Assembly (NCBI GenBank): GCA_039744215.1 | Contig: JBCJTT010000007.1 | Location: 5,598 to 69,597, forward strand | Direction: 5' to 3' | Source: Solirubrobacteraceae bacterium | GTDB taxonomy: Bacteria; Actinomycetota; Thermoleophilia; Solirubrobacterales; Solirubrobacteraceae | DNA length: 64,000 nucleotides | Shown: one piece after another, positions 8,566 to 18,490 of the stretch | Layout: each line of letters begins with the position of its first letter | Numbering within the stretch: the stretch's first letter is position 1 | Program-made: the position numbers and the translations under genes | Notes under the pieces: generated by a model | The model's input: the letters and a program-made list of their open reading frames with translations, nothing else | What the model was told of the DNA's origin: nothing | The model's database searches: none

Positions 8566-9735
8566 TTGACGACCAACGAGAAACTGCGGGCGCTGGCCGC
8601 CCGCGCCCGCCAGACCGGCGCGCTGGCACTTGACACCGAGTTCATCGGCGAAGGGCGCTACCGAACGGAACTCTGCCTGGTTCAGGTTTCCGTCGACGCT
8701 GAACAGCTCGACCAGCCGGCCTGGACCGAACTGATTGACCCTTTCGACCGCGCGATCGACCCAACGCCAATTGTCGAACTAATCGACGACCCAAAAGTCG
8801 AGATCGTTGTCCACGCCGGCCGTCAGGATCTGGCCCTACTACGTCGCATCTGGCACGCCCACCCAACTAACTGCTTTGACACGCAGATTGCCGCCGCCTT
8901 CGCCGGTCTGCGCTCGCAGATCGGCTACGAGACGCTGCTGCGTGACCTTCTCGGCGTGCAGCTGGACAAGGGCGCGAGCTTCTCCAACTGGGACGCGCGG
9001 CCGCTGACCGAACAGCAACAGAGCTACGCGCGCGGCGATGTGCTGCACCTAATCGAAGTAGCAACTGTGCTCAAAGACCGGCTTGAAGAGCGCGGACGGC
9101 TTGGCTGGGCACGCGAAGAGTGCCTACCGCTTGAGGCCTCAAGCGACGAACGTGACGTCGACACCGTCTTCGCCAAGCTGCCGAAGATCAACACGCTCAG
9201 CGGCCAGCAGCGAGCCGTTGCCCAGGCGCTGGTGATCTGGCGCGAAGAGACGGCCGACCGGGAGGACAAGCCGGTCCAGAAGGTGCTCGCTGACGCAGCA
9301 ATCGTCGAAGTCGCAAAGAGTGGTGCCGCGAGCGAACAGCAACTTCGCAGCCTGCGCGGGCTACATGAGGGGATTACCCGTCGCCGCGGCGCTTCAATCG
9401 TCAAGGTCGTCGACGACGCCGCGTCAGCGGCGCCGATCCCAGCAGAAAGGTCGACCCGCAAACAATCCGATCAGGGCGACGCCGCGTTGATCGTGCTGGC
9501 CGAGTCGCTGGTCCGGGCGCGGGCCGCCAGCGAAGACCTGGCATATGAGCTGCTGGCAACCCGGGCCGATCTGCAGGCCGTGATCAGCGCCGAGCGCAAC
9601 GCAACGCCGGAGCCCAATGTGCGCACGTTGACCGGCTGGCGCCGAGCTGTAGTAGGCGACGAACTTCTGGCGCTATTGCGCGGACAGCGTAGCCTGCGGA
9701 TCGACGATCAGCTGCGCGTCGTCGTTGACGGCTAG
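8566..9735 (+). CDS. rnd: ribonuclease D
   Basis: 389 aa. DEDD 3'-5' exonuclease motifs (LALDTEF, HAGRQDL, YARGDV) followed by an HRDC-like region. Confidence 0.8.
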   Translation: MTTNEKLRALAARARQTGALALDTEFIGEGRYRTELCLVQVSVDAEQLDQPAWTELIDPFDRAIDPTPIVELIDDPKVEIVVHAGRQDLALLRRIWHAHPTNCFDTQIAAAFAGLRSQIGYETLLRDLLGVQLDKGASFSNWDARPLTEQQQSYARGDVLHLIEVATVLKDRLEERGRLGWAREECLPLEASSDERDVDTVFAKLPKINTLSGQQRAVAQALVIWREETADREDKPVQKVLADAAIVEVAKSGAASEQQLRSLRGLHEGITRRRGASIVKVVDDAASAAPIPAERSTRKQSDQGDAALIVLAESLVRARAASEDLAYELLATRADLQAVISAERNATPEPNVRTLTGWRRAVVGDELLALLRGQRSLRIDDQLRVVVDG

Positions 9736-10263
9736 TCAGCTGGCTGAGCGTTCGACCGCAGTGTTGACGACTAGGGCGTTGCGCAGGCACCAGACGCCGG
9801 GGCAGCGAGCGTCGGCGATCTCGCGCAGCCTCTCGACCTCTTGATCGTCGGCGTCGCAGTCGACCTCGAGCGTCCAATCAATCTGCTCAAGCGGCACCTG
9901 ATCGCCGACCCCAAGGGCGCGCGCCATGTCGAGCTCGGCGGCGACGCGGCCGCGCAGCGCGCGTAGCTCAATCCCTTCACGCGCTGCCTCCTGAGCAAAG
10001 GTCATCGCGTAGCAGGCGAGTCCACCCCAGAAGCAGTAAGCAAGCGGGCTCGGCGCTGCGCCGCTGCCGCCCATCGGCGGCGGAAAGTCAGCGGCGAAGG
10101 CGACCGACCCGCCTGCCGGCAGCGGAATCTCGGTCGTGAACTGTGTCGCGCCGGGTTCGACGTTCCACTGCCCGGTGAGCGCCACCGGCTGCAGGCCGGC
10201 CGCAGGATCGGCCGCCGCCTTCGCAGCAGTTGCCTCAATTGCTTCGACGTTGACATTGTGCAT
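9736..10263 (-). CDS. OsmC-family peroxiredoxin-like protein
   Basis: 175 aa. OsmC-like size, with conserved Cys contexts (GGLACYAMT, ARCPGVWC). Confidence 0.7.
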   Translation of the reverse strand: MHNVNVEAIEATAAKAAADPAAGLQPVALTGQWNVEPGATQFTTEIPLPAGGSVAFAADFPPPMGGSGAAPSPLAYCFWGGLACYAMTFAQEAAREGIELRALRGRVAAELDMARALGVGDQVPLEQIDWTLEVDCDADDQEVERLREIADARCPGVWCLRNALVVNTAVERSAS

Positions 10264-10350
10264 AAGGCTCCTTTGTATTGGCTATACGCAACCGTACCGG
10301 ACCGGACTGCCGCCCGATCCGGCGGCTATATTCGTCGCTCAAGAGTCCGT

Positions 10351-11295
10351 ATGCCCGCAGCCAAACCTTCTCCCCCAAAAGCTCCTTCTGGCGCCGATCG
10401 CTATCGGCGCCGGCGGCTGATCGCTTTTGCTGCCGGCGGCGTCATGCTGGTCGGCTTTGTCGGAACCGTCGCCGTCAGTGCCGGCAGCTCCGGCAGATGG
10501 GATCCGCGGCAATTTGAACAGGGCGCGATCGCTGAAAAACCGAAGATCGAACTGGCAGCGCAAGCCAGGGCTATCGCCGCCCTGCTAGAGAAGCGCAAGG
10601 CGCTGATCGCGAAAGAGAACGTTGCGATTAAGCAGGCGATTACCAACTTCGGCGTTGTCAGTGAGGGCGGGGCGCAGAACGCCGAGGTCGCGCTGACCTT
10701 CGATGATGGTCCCAGCAGCTACACCAGCGGGATCCTCGACACGCTGAAGAAGGGTCACGCAGCGGCGACATTCTTCACGCTCGGCAACCAGGCCAGCAGC
10801 TTCCCGCTGCCGCTGCAGCGCGCTGTCGCCGAAGGCCACGTTGTGGGCAACCACACCTGGGACCATCAGGATCTAACGCGGCTCAGTCCTAAGGACGTTC
10901 GCACCAAACTGACTGACCAGACCAGCGCCATGACCGGCAAAGGATTGCCAGCGCCGAACCTTTTCCGGCCACCGTTCGGCGCGATCAACCAGCGGGTCAC
11001 GGCTGAAGCAAACCGCAAAGGAATGCTTGTCGTGATGTGGTCGATCGACAGCAACGATTACAAGCTGCCGACCCCCGCGGCGATGGCCGCGCAGGTGATC
11101 AGCGAAGCTCAAAACGGATCGATCATCCTGATGCACGATGGCGGCGGCGACCGCACAACGACCTCAATCGCGTTGCCGCTGATCATCAAAGGCCTCCGCG
11201 CCAAGGGCTTCAAGATGGTTACTGTGCCGCAGCTACTGCTTAACAACCCGCCCGAAGCCCAGCAGCAGGAAGTACCCCGAACGCCAGTTGCCTGA
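10351..11295 (+). CDS. polysaccharide deacetylase (NodB homology domain), membrane-anchored
   Basis: Trimmed to the ATG at 10351. Has a TM anchor. NodB motifs LTFDDGP and GNHTWDH. Confidence 0.8.
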   Translation: MPAAKPSPPKAPSGADRYRRRRLIAFAAGGVMLVGFVGTVAVSAGSSGRWDPRQFEQGAIAEKPKIELAAQARAIAALLEKRKALIAKENVAIKQAITNFGVVSEGGAQNAEVALTFDDGPSSYTSGILDTLKKGHAAATFFTLGNQASSFPLPLQRAVAEGHVVGNHTWDHQDLTRLSPKDVRTKLTDQTSAMTGKGLPAPNLFRPPFGAINQRVTAEANRKGMLVVMWSIDSNDYKLPTPAAMAAQVISEAQNGSIILMHDGGGDRTTTSIALPLIIKGLRAKGFKMVTVPQLLLNNPPEAQQQEVPRTPVA

Positions 11296-11321
11296 CAAAT
11301 GATCGATAACTAGGAGAGACG

Positions 11322-11912
11322 TTGAACCAGATTGACGAAGCAGTCCAGGACGCGCCGCCCGAAGCACGTGAGGCGATCAAGCAGATGGCCAACTATTGGT
11401 GGCTATGGCTGGTGTTCGGAATCGTCTGGATCATTGTGGCTCTCGTGATTCTACAGTCCGACAGCCGCTCAACCGACGTTGTCGGGCTGATTATCGGCGC
11501 GATGTTCATAGGCGCCGGTATCCAGTACATGGTGATCTCGACGCTGATGGCGAAGTGGCGCTGGGTTTGGCTGCTGCTTGGCGCTTGGCTGATCATCTTC
11601 GGCGTCGTTTCGATCTTCAACCCGGCCGAGACCTTCAACGACTTTGCCAGCATCGTCGGCTTCCTCTTCCTGCTCGTCGCCTTCACCTGGATCATCCAGG
11701 CTTTCGCTGAGCGGGATCACAACGACCTCTGGTGGCTTGGCCTGGTCAACGGTGTGCTGATGCTGGTGATCGCCTTCTGGACGAGCGGCCAGCTTTTCAA
11801 CACGAAGGCTCACCTGCTGATCGTCTTCGCCGGACTCTGGGCGCTGATGGCAGGGCTTATTGACATTGTCCGCGGCTTCCAGCTGCACGCCGTCGGTCAG
11901 CGTTTGAAGTAG
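11322..11912 (+). CDS. HdeD/DUF308-family membrane protein
   Basis: 196 aa with six predicted TM helices and Trp-rich loops. TTG start preceded by AGGAGA. Confidence 0.55.
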   Translation: MNQIDEAVQDAPPEAREAIKQMANYWWLWLVFGIVWIIVALVILQSDSRSTDVVGLIIGAMFIGAGIQYMVISTLMAKWRWVWLLLGAWLIIFGVVSIFNPAETFNDFASIVGFLFLLVAFTWIIQAFAERDHNDLWWLGLVNGVLMLVIAFWTSGQLFNTKAHLLIVFAGLWALMAGLIDIVRGFQLHAVGQRLK

Positions 11913-11922
11913 CGCGCCAGCG

Positions 11923-12720
11923 TCAGCAGGCGGCGGCGGCGCGCATCAGTTCGAGCGGCGCCGCCACGCCCGTCCAATGCTCGAAGGCGATCGCGCCCTG
12001 CTGCACAAGGATCTCGCGCCCGTCGATCGTCCGTGACCCGGCGGCGGCTGCGGACTCAATCAGCGCGCTCGGCTGATCGCCATAGACAAGGTCGACGACG
12101 GTCGCGTAGCCGCCGACTTCGTTGGCTGTCAGCGGCAGCGACACGAAGCTGGCGCCCGGGCCGTCAAGGCCAGCGGCAGTGCAGTTGACAAGCAGCTGCG
12201 CGGGCGCCGCGTCGCTGACCGCCTCCACCCCAAACTCAGCGGCCAGCGCGGCTGCCCGCGCCGCTGTGCGGTTCCAAAGCTGCACCTTCATTCCGACGTC
12301 ACGCAGCGCCCAGACGACGGCGCGGGCGCTGCCGCCGGCGCCGAGCACGAGCGCGCTGTCACCGGCCCGCGCATGCTCGCCCAGCGCTGCCAGCAGTCCT
12401 GGGGCATCGCTGTTATCGGCGACGATCGTGCCATCGGCGCTGAAGCTAAGGAGGTTGGCAGCGCCAATCTGTTCGGCTCGAAAGCTGCAGCTGTCAGCGA
12501 CCGCGAGGGCCGCCTGCTTGTGCGGGATCGTCACGTTTGCGCCGACGAAACCGGCGCCGTGCAGGCCGCGTACTAGTCGCTCAAACTCAGCTGGCGGCGC
12601 CGGCAGCAGTTGGTAGTTCCACCCGTCAAGGTCGCTCCCCTCAAATGCCGCGTTAAAGATCTGCGGCGAGCGGCTGTGACCGACTGGCCAGCCGAGCACG
12701 CCGAGTCGTTTGACGCTCAC
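11923..12720 (-). CDS. aroE: shikimate dehydrogenase
   Basis: 265 aa. GWPVGHSRSP N-terminal substrate motif and GAGGSARAV NADP fold. Confidence 0.85.
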   Translation of the reverse strand: MSVKRLGVLGWPVGHSRSPQIFNAAFEGSDLDGWNYQLLPAPPAEFERLVRGLHGAGFVGANVTIPHKQAALAVADSCSFRAEQIGAANLLSFSADGTIVADNSDAPGLLAALGEHARAGDSALVLGAGGSARAVVWALRDVGMKVQLWNRTAARAAALAAEFGVEAVSDAAPAQLLVNCTAAGLDGPGASFVSLPLTANEVGGYATVVDLVYGDQPSALIESAAAAGSRTIDGREILVQQGAIAFEHWTGVAAPLELMRAAAAC

Positions 12721-12725
12721 TTACG

Positions 12726-14087
12726 TCAGCCCTTCGGGCAACGGGATGGATCCTTACCGCCAAGCGCAGCCCGCTTGTTGTCGTAGATCGCCTTCAACTT
12801 CTGGAACTCGGCGTCGGTCTTCGCGAAGCTGTGCCCGCCGTTACGGCACGGCGCGACGATGAAGAACAGGTAGTCGCTCTTCGCAGGCTTCGCGGCCGCC
12901 TTGATTGAGGCCAACCCGGGATTGCCGATCGGCCCGGGCGGCAGGCCAGTGAAGCGGCGCGTGTTGTACTTCGACGGACTGTTTAGCTGCGACACAGTCA
13001 GGGGCTTATTCCAGTTACTAACAGCGAAGCGCGTTGTCGCATCAGCGCCGAGCGAGATTGACTGCCGCAGACGGTTGTAGAAGACGGCCGCCACCAGCGC
13101 TCGCTCGCGATCGAGGGATACTTCGCGCTCGATAATTGAGGCCAGCGTCACCACGTCAAAGGCAGTTAGGTTCTTCTTCTTGGCGTAGCTCATGTCGACG
13201 CTGGCAAAGTTGCGTTTGAAGGCGACCACCTGATCATCAACAAGGCGGCGTGCAGTTGGCGATTCTTTTAGCAACTCGTAGGTGGCCGGAAAGAGGAACC
13301 CTTCGAGCGACTTGACGTTGGCGGGCGCGCCGTAGCTGCGTAGATTGAGCTTTGTCGACGAAACCGATGCGGAGATGTAGCTGCCGCTGACCCCTTGCTT
13401 CTTCACAACCGGCGCGATCTCGCTGCGAGCCGGCCCTTCAGGCAGGACTACCTTGATCACCGGCGCCGCCGCTTTGACCTCGGTCAGGACGGCCAAAGCG
13501 GCTCCGTTGCTCATTCCCTTACGCAGGCGGTAAACGCCAGCGCGCAAGTTGCCGCGGTCGCCACCGAGCGTCGCCCTCAACTCGAAGAAGAAGGCCGAGG
13601 CGACTACGGCGCGATCAGCGAGGATGCTGCCGACGTCGCCGGCATTGACTCCGGCCGGAATCTTGACGGCAACGCTCCCGGCGCCGTCGCCCTTGAACGG
13701 CTCGATGACAGCGTTGGCGACAAACAGCACAGCGACCACTACAAGCGCGACTAGGCCGAACAGCAAGGCGTGGCGGCCGGGCGAACGCCGCCGCGGCGTT
13801 GCAGGATCGGGCGCCGCGGCTGCGGCGGCCGCGCCAGGGCGAACCGTGCCGCTGGGGCGTTCGGCGGACGCGGCAAGCTTGCGCGGTGGCGGCGGCGGCG
13901 GCGCAGTCTGAGGCGGCGGAGTTGGTCGGGCGGGCGGCGCCGCAGGATCCGGCGGCGCCGGTTCGCCTCGATCGGCGGCACGCTTCCGCTCACGCTCAAG
14001 GCGGGCGGCTTCTCGCTGTTTCTCGCTGCGGTGTGATTGATCGCTCAATGCTGGTTCCAGTGCTCGTGCCCGTGCCGGGCGATCCAA
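12726..14087 (-). CDS. mltG: endolytic murein transglycosylase MltG (YceG-like) with long Pro/Ala-rich N-terminus
   Basis: C-terminal YceG domain (ASIIEREV, FYNRL, YNTRRFTGLPPGPIGNPG). TM anchor. Start uncertain within the low-complexity N-terminus. Confidence 0.8.
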   Translation of the reverse strand: MDRPARARALEPALSDQSHRSEKQREAARLERERKRAADRGEPAPPDPAAPPARPTPPPQTAPPPPPPRKLAASAERPSGTVRPGAAAAAAAPDPATPRRRSPGRHALLFGLVALVVVAVLFVANAVIEPFKGDGAGSVAVKIPAGVNAGDVGSILADRAVVASAFFFELRATLGGDRGNLRAGVYRLRKGMSNGAALAVLTEVKAAAPVIKVVLPEGPARSEIAPVVKKQGVSGSYISASVSSTKLNLRSYGAPANVKSLEGFLFPATYELLKESPTARRLVDDQVVAFKRNFASVDMSYAKKKNLTAFDVVTLASIIEREVSLDRERALVAAVFYNRLRQSISLGADATTRFAVSNWNKPLTVSQLNSPSKYNTRRFTGLPPGPIGNPGLASIKAAAKPAKSDYLFFIVAPCRNGGHSFAKTDAEFQKLKAIYDNKRAALGGKDPSRCPKG

Positions 14088-14455
14088 TCATTCAACAACA
14101 CCGCCGCGGCGCGCGAATCTTCGCTCTCACTGCCGCCGCTGTCGGCGGCGATCGTCGTCGTGAAACGCTCGTCGAAGAGTTCGACTGGGATCTTCGCGCC
14201 TAGCGCAGCGCGCAGCCGGTCGGCGTAAGAACGGGCCTCACGTGTTTGCTGCGAATCGTCGCCTGAGAGCGAGAGTGGCAGGCCGACGACGACGCGCTGC
14301 ACCTCACGCGCCTCGACCAGCGCGCGCAGGGCCTTGACGCCGGCCTTCGTCGCCGGTCGCAGGATTGGGGGAAGCGGCGTCGCGATCGTTCCGGTCGGAT
14401 CGCTCAGCGCGCAGCCGCAGCGAGCCGAGCCGTAGTCAAGGGCAAGCACGCGCAC
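14045..14455 (-). CDS. ruvX: Holliday-junction resolvase-like nuclease RuvX/YqgF
   Basis: Track ORF trimmed to the GTG at 14455, 4 nt after the alaS stop. VLALDYGSARCG N-terminus is typical of YqgF. Confidence 0.8.
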   Translation of the reverse strand: MRVLALDYGSARCGCALSDPTGTIATPLPPILRPATKAGVKALRALVEAREVQRVVVGLPLSLSGDDSQQTREARSYADRLRAALGAKIPVELFDERFTTTIAADSGGSESEDSRAAAVLLNDWIARHGHEHWNQH

Positions 14456-14459
14456 GTCG

Positions 14460-17054
14460 TCAGGCGTCAAGCGCCTGTTCAACCATCGTGGCGGCCAGCG
14501 CAAGTGCCTCCGCGAGATTGGCCGGCTCCTTGCCGCCGGCCTGGGCGATCGTGTCGCGGCCGCCGCCGCCGCCGCCAACGACTGCCGCCGCCGCGGCGAC
14601 AACCTCGCCCGCCTTGACGCCGCGCTCAACCAGCGACGGAGTGACTGCGACGACCAATGAGACGCGACCTTCGACTGTGCTCGCGATGACAACGGCAGCG
14701 TCGCTGCCGAGCTGACCCTTCAACCGGTCGGCTAGGTCCATCAGCGCCTTCGCTGCAACGGCGCCAACGTCAGCGACCAGCAGCTTTGCCCCGCCAACCT
14801 CGCGCGCATCTGCAAGCAGCGCACTCTCGTCAATCTCAGCCGCAACGTTCTGCCCGCTACTGCGCGACGCGCTGCGAAGCGCCGCGACGGCGGCCGGCAA
14901 CTGGGCAGGGGTCGTGCGCAGCGTTGCGGCTGCCTCAGTGAGCAGCGCGTCGTGACCGCGCAGCAGCTCAACCGCGACAGGCCCGGTGACCGCCTCAATA
15001 CGGCGCACATTGGCGGCGCTTGATCCTTCACTGGTGATCTTCAGGCAGGCGATCTCAGAGCTGCGGGCGACATGGGTACCGCCGCAGAGCTCGCGTGAGA
15101 AACTGCCGTCGCCAATCTCAACCATTCGCACAATCTCGCCGTACTTCTCACCGAACAACGCCATCGCGCCGAGCTGCTGCGCTTGATCGATCGTCGTCGT
15201 AATCGCGCGCACGTTAAGGCTTTCGAGGATCCGCTGATTGACCCGATCCTCAACCGCTTGGCGATCTTCATCGCTGAGCCGGCCGGAGTGCGTGAAATCG
15301 AAGCGCAGCTTGTCGGGGCCGACGTACGAGCCAGCCTGGCGAACGTGGTCGCCGAGCCGCTCGCGCAGCGCCGCGTGCAGCAAGTGGGTCGCAGTGTGGT
15401 TGCACTCGGTTGCGTGACGGGCCGTTGCGGCGACTTCAGCGAGCAGCTCGGTACCGGCTTCCAGCGGCTCTCCATTCGCTTCGACCACCAGCGCCTGATC
15501 GTCGCCGCCGCGCACCACCCCAACCACGGTCGCAATCGTGTCGCCGCCCAGCGAACGCAGCAGGCCGCTGTCGGCCGCCTGGCCGCCGCCTCCAGCGTAA
15601 AACGGCGAATCGGCAAGCTTGACGAGCGTGCGGCCCTGATCCTCAGCGACGGCAGTGACAGTTGTACGAACGCTGAGCGTCTCGTAGCCGACGAAGTGCA
15701 CCGCGTCGCCGCCGACGGCGCGCACGGCCTCGGCCGAAGCGCCGACCTTGCGATCACCGGTGCCGGCCGACGAGCGGCTGCGCTGTTCACTCATTAGGAG
15801 GTCAAACTGTTCTTCTTGATTGAACGGAACGCCCCGCTCCTGCGCCAACTCGCGCGTCAGCTCGATTGGAAAGCCGAAGGTGTCGTGCAGTCGGAAGGCG
15901 TCCTCACCGCTCAGCTCACCGGCGTCGAGCAACTGGTCGAGCAAGCCGCTGCCCTGCTCGAGCGTTCGGCCAAAGCTCTCTTCCTCACCGCGCACCCACT
16001 CAAGAATCGTCTTGCTGCGCTGCCGCAGCTCGGGGTAGGCCTCACCCATCACGTCGATCACCTGCTCGGCAAATGCCGGCAGAAAGACACCGTCAATCCC
16101 AATTCTGCGCCCCTGTTGGATCGCACGGCGCATCACGCGCCGCAAGATGTAACCACGCTCCTCGTTCGACGGGACAACGCCGTCGGCGATCAGAAAGGTC
16201 ATCGCTCGTGAATGGTCGGCGAGGATCCGCAGCGCACGCTGGTCGGCTTCACCGCTAGCCAGCTCACGGCCCAACGCCATCAGCCCGGCAAACTGATCGG
16301 TCTCGAAGATGCTTTCGACTCCCTGCTCAATCAACGCCAGCCGGTTGAGGCCAGCGCCGGTGTCGATATTGCGGGCAGGCAGAGCCGTCAGCACGCCGGC
16401 GGGCTGCTGAGCGAACTCCATGAAAACGAGGTTCCAGTACTCAAGGAAGCGATCGTTCTCACCGCCCGGCAGGTCGTTGGGCCCGCCAAACTGCTCGCCG
16501 CGGTCGAGGTAGAGCTCGCTACAGGGACCGCACGGCCCGACCGGCCCGGCCTGCCAGAAGTTCTCAGAGCGCGGACAGAGAACGATCCGCTCGCTCGGCA
16601 CGCCGACTGCCTGCCAGGCTGCGATCGCCTCCTCATCCGGCCCGAGGCCAAGCTCATCGTCGCCTTCAAAAACGCTGATCCAGATCTTCTCAGGATCAAA
16701 GCCAAATCCCTCCAGCGATAGCTTCCAGGCGAACTCGACCGCGCCCTCTTTGAAGTAATCACCAAGCGAGAAGTTGCCGAGCATTTCGAAGAAGGTCAGG
16801 TGGCGCGAGGTGTTCCCTACATTGCCGATGTCGGTCGCTCGGAAGCACTTCTGGCAGCTCGTCAGCCGCGTCGCCGGTGGCGCCTCCAAGCCCATGAAGT
16901 ACTCCTTCAGCGGATGCATGCCGGCCGTTGTCAGCAGCACTGACGAGTCAAACGAAGCCGGCACCAACGACCCGGACGGGCGCAGCATGTGTCCGTTCGC
17001 TTCGAAAAAGTCGAGGAATGTTGAACGGACCTGATCGGAGCTGCGACTGCTCAT
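14460..17054 (-). CDS. alaS: alanine--tRNA ligase
   Basis: 864 aa. Class II core, editing-domain HxxxH (CNHTATHLLH) and C-terminal DHHA1-like region. Confidence 0.95.
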   Translation of the reverse strand: MSSRSSDQVRSTFLDFFEANGHMLRPSGSLVPASFDSSVLLTTAGMHPLKEYFMGLEAPPATRLTSCQKCFRATDIGNVGNTSRHLTFFEMLGNFSLGDYFKEGAVEFAWKLSLEGFGFDPEKIWISVFEGDDELGLGPDEEAIAAWQAVGVPSERIVLCPRSENFWQAGPVGPCGPCSELYLDRGEQFGGPNDLPGGENDRFLEYWNLVFMEFAQQPAGVLTALPARNIDTGAGLNRLALIEQGVESIFETDQFAGLMALGRELASGEADQRALRILADHSRAMTFLIADGVVPSNEERGYILRRVMRRAIQQGRRIGIDGVFLPAFAEQVIDVMGEAYPELRQRSKTILEWVRGEEESFGRTLEQGSGLLDQLLDAGELSGEDAFRLHDTFGFPIELTRELAQERGVPFNQEEQFDLLMSEQRSRSSAGTGDRKVGASAEAVRAVGGDAVHFVGYETLSVRTTVTAVAEDQGRTLVKLADSPFYAGGGGQAADSGLLRSLGGDTIATVVGVVRGGDDQALVVEANGEPLEAGTELLAEVAATARHATECNHTATHLLHAALRERLGDHVRQAGSYVGPDKLRFDFTHSGRLSDEDRQAVEDRVNQRILESLNVRAITTTIDQAQQLGAMALFGEKYGEIVRMVEIGDGSFSRELCGGTHVARSSEIACLKITSEGSSAANVRRIEAVTGPVAVELLRGHDALLTEAAATLRTTPAQLPAAVAALRSASRSSGQNVAAEIDESALLADAREVGGAKLLVADVGAVAAKALMDLADRLKGQLGSDAAVVIASTVEGRVSLVVAVTPSLVERGVKAGEVVAAAAAVVGGGGGGRDTIAQAGGKEPANLAEALALAATMVEQALDA

Positions 17055-18463
17055 TTTACGATTGTCGCGGATCCCACGACACGATCACCGCTTAGCAGTA
17101 CTGCGGTCTGCCCCGGCGCCGGCGCCCAAGCCGACTTTTCGAACTCAAGAACGTCGCCATTAAGTGTGCACTGAAGCGCCGGCGCGTGCGAACGTAGCCG
17201 CGCATGGTCAACGCTTTCGGCTGATCGATAGAGCCTCAGGTCGATCAGCGACAGCTGTTTGCGATGCAGCTCGTCGCACCGCCCAACCGTCACCGTGTTG
17301 CTGGCGGCGTCGGTCGCCGTGACGTAGAGCGGCTCGGGCGAACCACCGATCTGCAGGCCGCGCCGCTGACCGACGGTAAAACGGTGCGCGCCAAGGTGAC
17401 TGCCAAGCAGTTCGCCGGCGCCGTTGATGATCCGGCCGGGACGATCAGCGATGCCGCCGTGACGGGCGAGGAAGGCGTCGCCGGAGGTGCCTGCGAGGAA
17501 GCAAAGATCCTGCGAGTCGGGCGTCTGCGCGACCGCCAGACCCCTCTGCTCGGCGAACTGACGGACCTCAGGTTTGGTCATTGCGCCAAGCGGAAAGAGC
17601 ATCCGCGCGACCGACTCCGGTGCCAGCGCGGCGAGCATGTAGCTCTGATCTTTTGCCGGATCGACGGCTGTCCGCAGCAGACCCTCAGGCCCGACGCGCG
17701 CGTAGTGACCGGTCGCCAGCTGCGCCGCGCCCAGTCGAGAAGCCAGCGCGAGCATCGCGTCGAGCCGCACTTCACCGTTGCAGCGCACGCACGGGTTCGG
17801 CGTCACGCCGGCGGCGTGACCGGCGATCCAGGGTTCGACAACGCCGGTCCGGAACGACTCGCGTAGATCGAGCGTCAGATGAGCGAGCCCGAGCCCATGC
17901 GCCAACGATCGGGCCCGCTTGACAGCGCTGGCTGAGCAGCAGCTGTCTTCAGCGTCATTCTGCTCGTCACGCCAAAGCTCCAACGTAACGGCGACCGGGG
18001 GTACGCCCGACCGCTCGGAGCAGAGCTGCGCGGCAACGGCGCTGTCAACGCCGCCGCTCATCGCAACGAGAACGCGGCCGGGGACCGCTGCCAACTTGGC
18101 ATCGGCTGCGACGGCGGCGCCGAGCGCGCCCGCCAGCGCGTCAGCTGCCAACTCAGCGGCGTGGAACTTACCGGCGCTCAGGCCGCCCAGCTGATTTGCG
18201 ACGTCGTGCGCGCCGATCCGCGCCGCGTCAAGAACGGGGCTGCCGTCAACCAGCTCGACCGCGGCGCTGGCAGCGGCACTAGCGGCGCCGCAGCCCGACG
18301 CGGCAAACGTCACCTCAGCTACGCGATCGTCTTCGACTCTAATCGCGATCCGCACGAGGTCACCGCAGACGGCGCCGCCCGCGGCGCCGCAGTACGCGCC
18401 CTCAGGCACGTCGCCCAGCCCACGCGGGTGGTTCAGGTGGTCTTCGAAACGCTCATCAGCCAT
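17051..18463 (-). CDS. mnmA: IscU/NifU-like scaffold domain fused to tRNA 2-thiouridine(34) synthase MnmA
   Basis: The first ~120 aa resemble an IscU N-domain (GAVCGD, ASGCGAASAAAS). The rest is MnmA: PP-loop VAMSGGVDSAV and catalytic Cys contexts DSCCSA and DSQDLCF. ATGA overlap with alaS. Confidence 0.8.
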   Translation of the reverse strand: MADERFEDHLNHPRGLGDVPEGAYCGAAGGAVCGDLVRIAIRVEDDRVAEVTFAASGCGAASAAASAAVELVDGSPVLDAARIGAHDVANQLGGLSAGKFHAAELAADALAGALGAAVAADAKLAAVPGRVLVAMSGGVDSAVAAQLCSERSGVPPVAVTLELWRDEQNDAEDSCCSASAVKRARSLAHGLGLAHLTLDLRESFRTGVVEPWIAGHAAGVTPNPCVRCNGEVRLDAMLALASRLGAAQLATGHYARVGPEGLLRTAVDPAKDQSYMLAALAPESVARMLFPLGAMTKPEVRQFAEQRGLAVAQTPDSQDLCFLAGTSGDAFLARHGGIADRPGRIINGAGELLGSHLGAHRFTVGQRRGLQIGGSPEPLYVTATDAASNTVTVGRCDELHRKQLSLIDLRLYRSAESVDHARLRSHAPALQCTLNGDVLEFEKSAWAPAPGQTAVLLSGDRVVGSATIVK

Positions 18464-18490
18464 CGACCAGCAGTCTAGGACCCGCAGCCG

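Noticed and set aside
13790-13960. GC-rich repetitive stretch (GGCGGC runs) that looks like a tandem repeat
   Set aside because: It encodes the Pro/Ala-rich low-complexity linker of MltG (PPPPP, AAAAAA) and is not a discrete repeat element.
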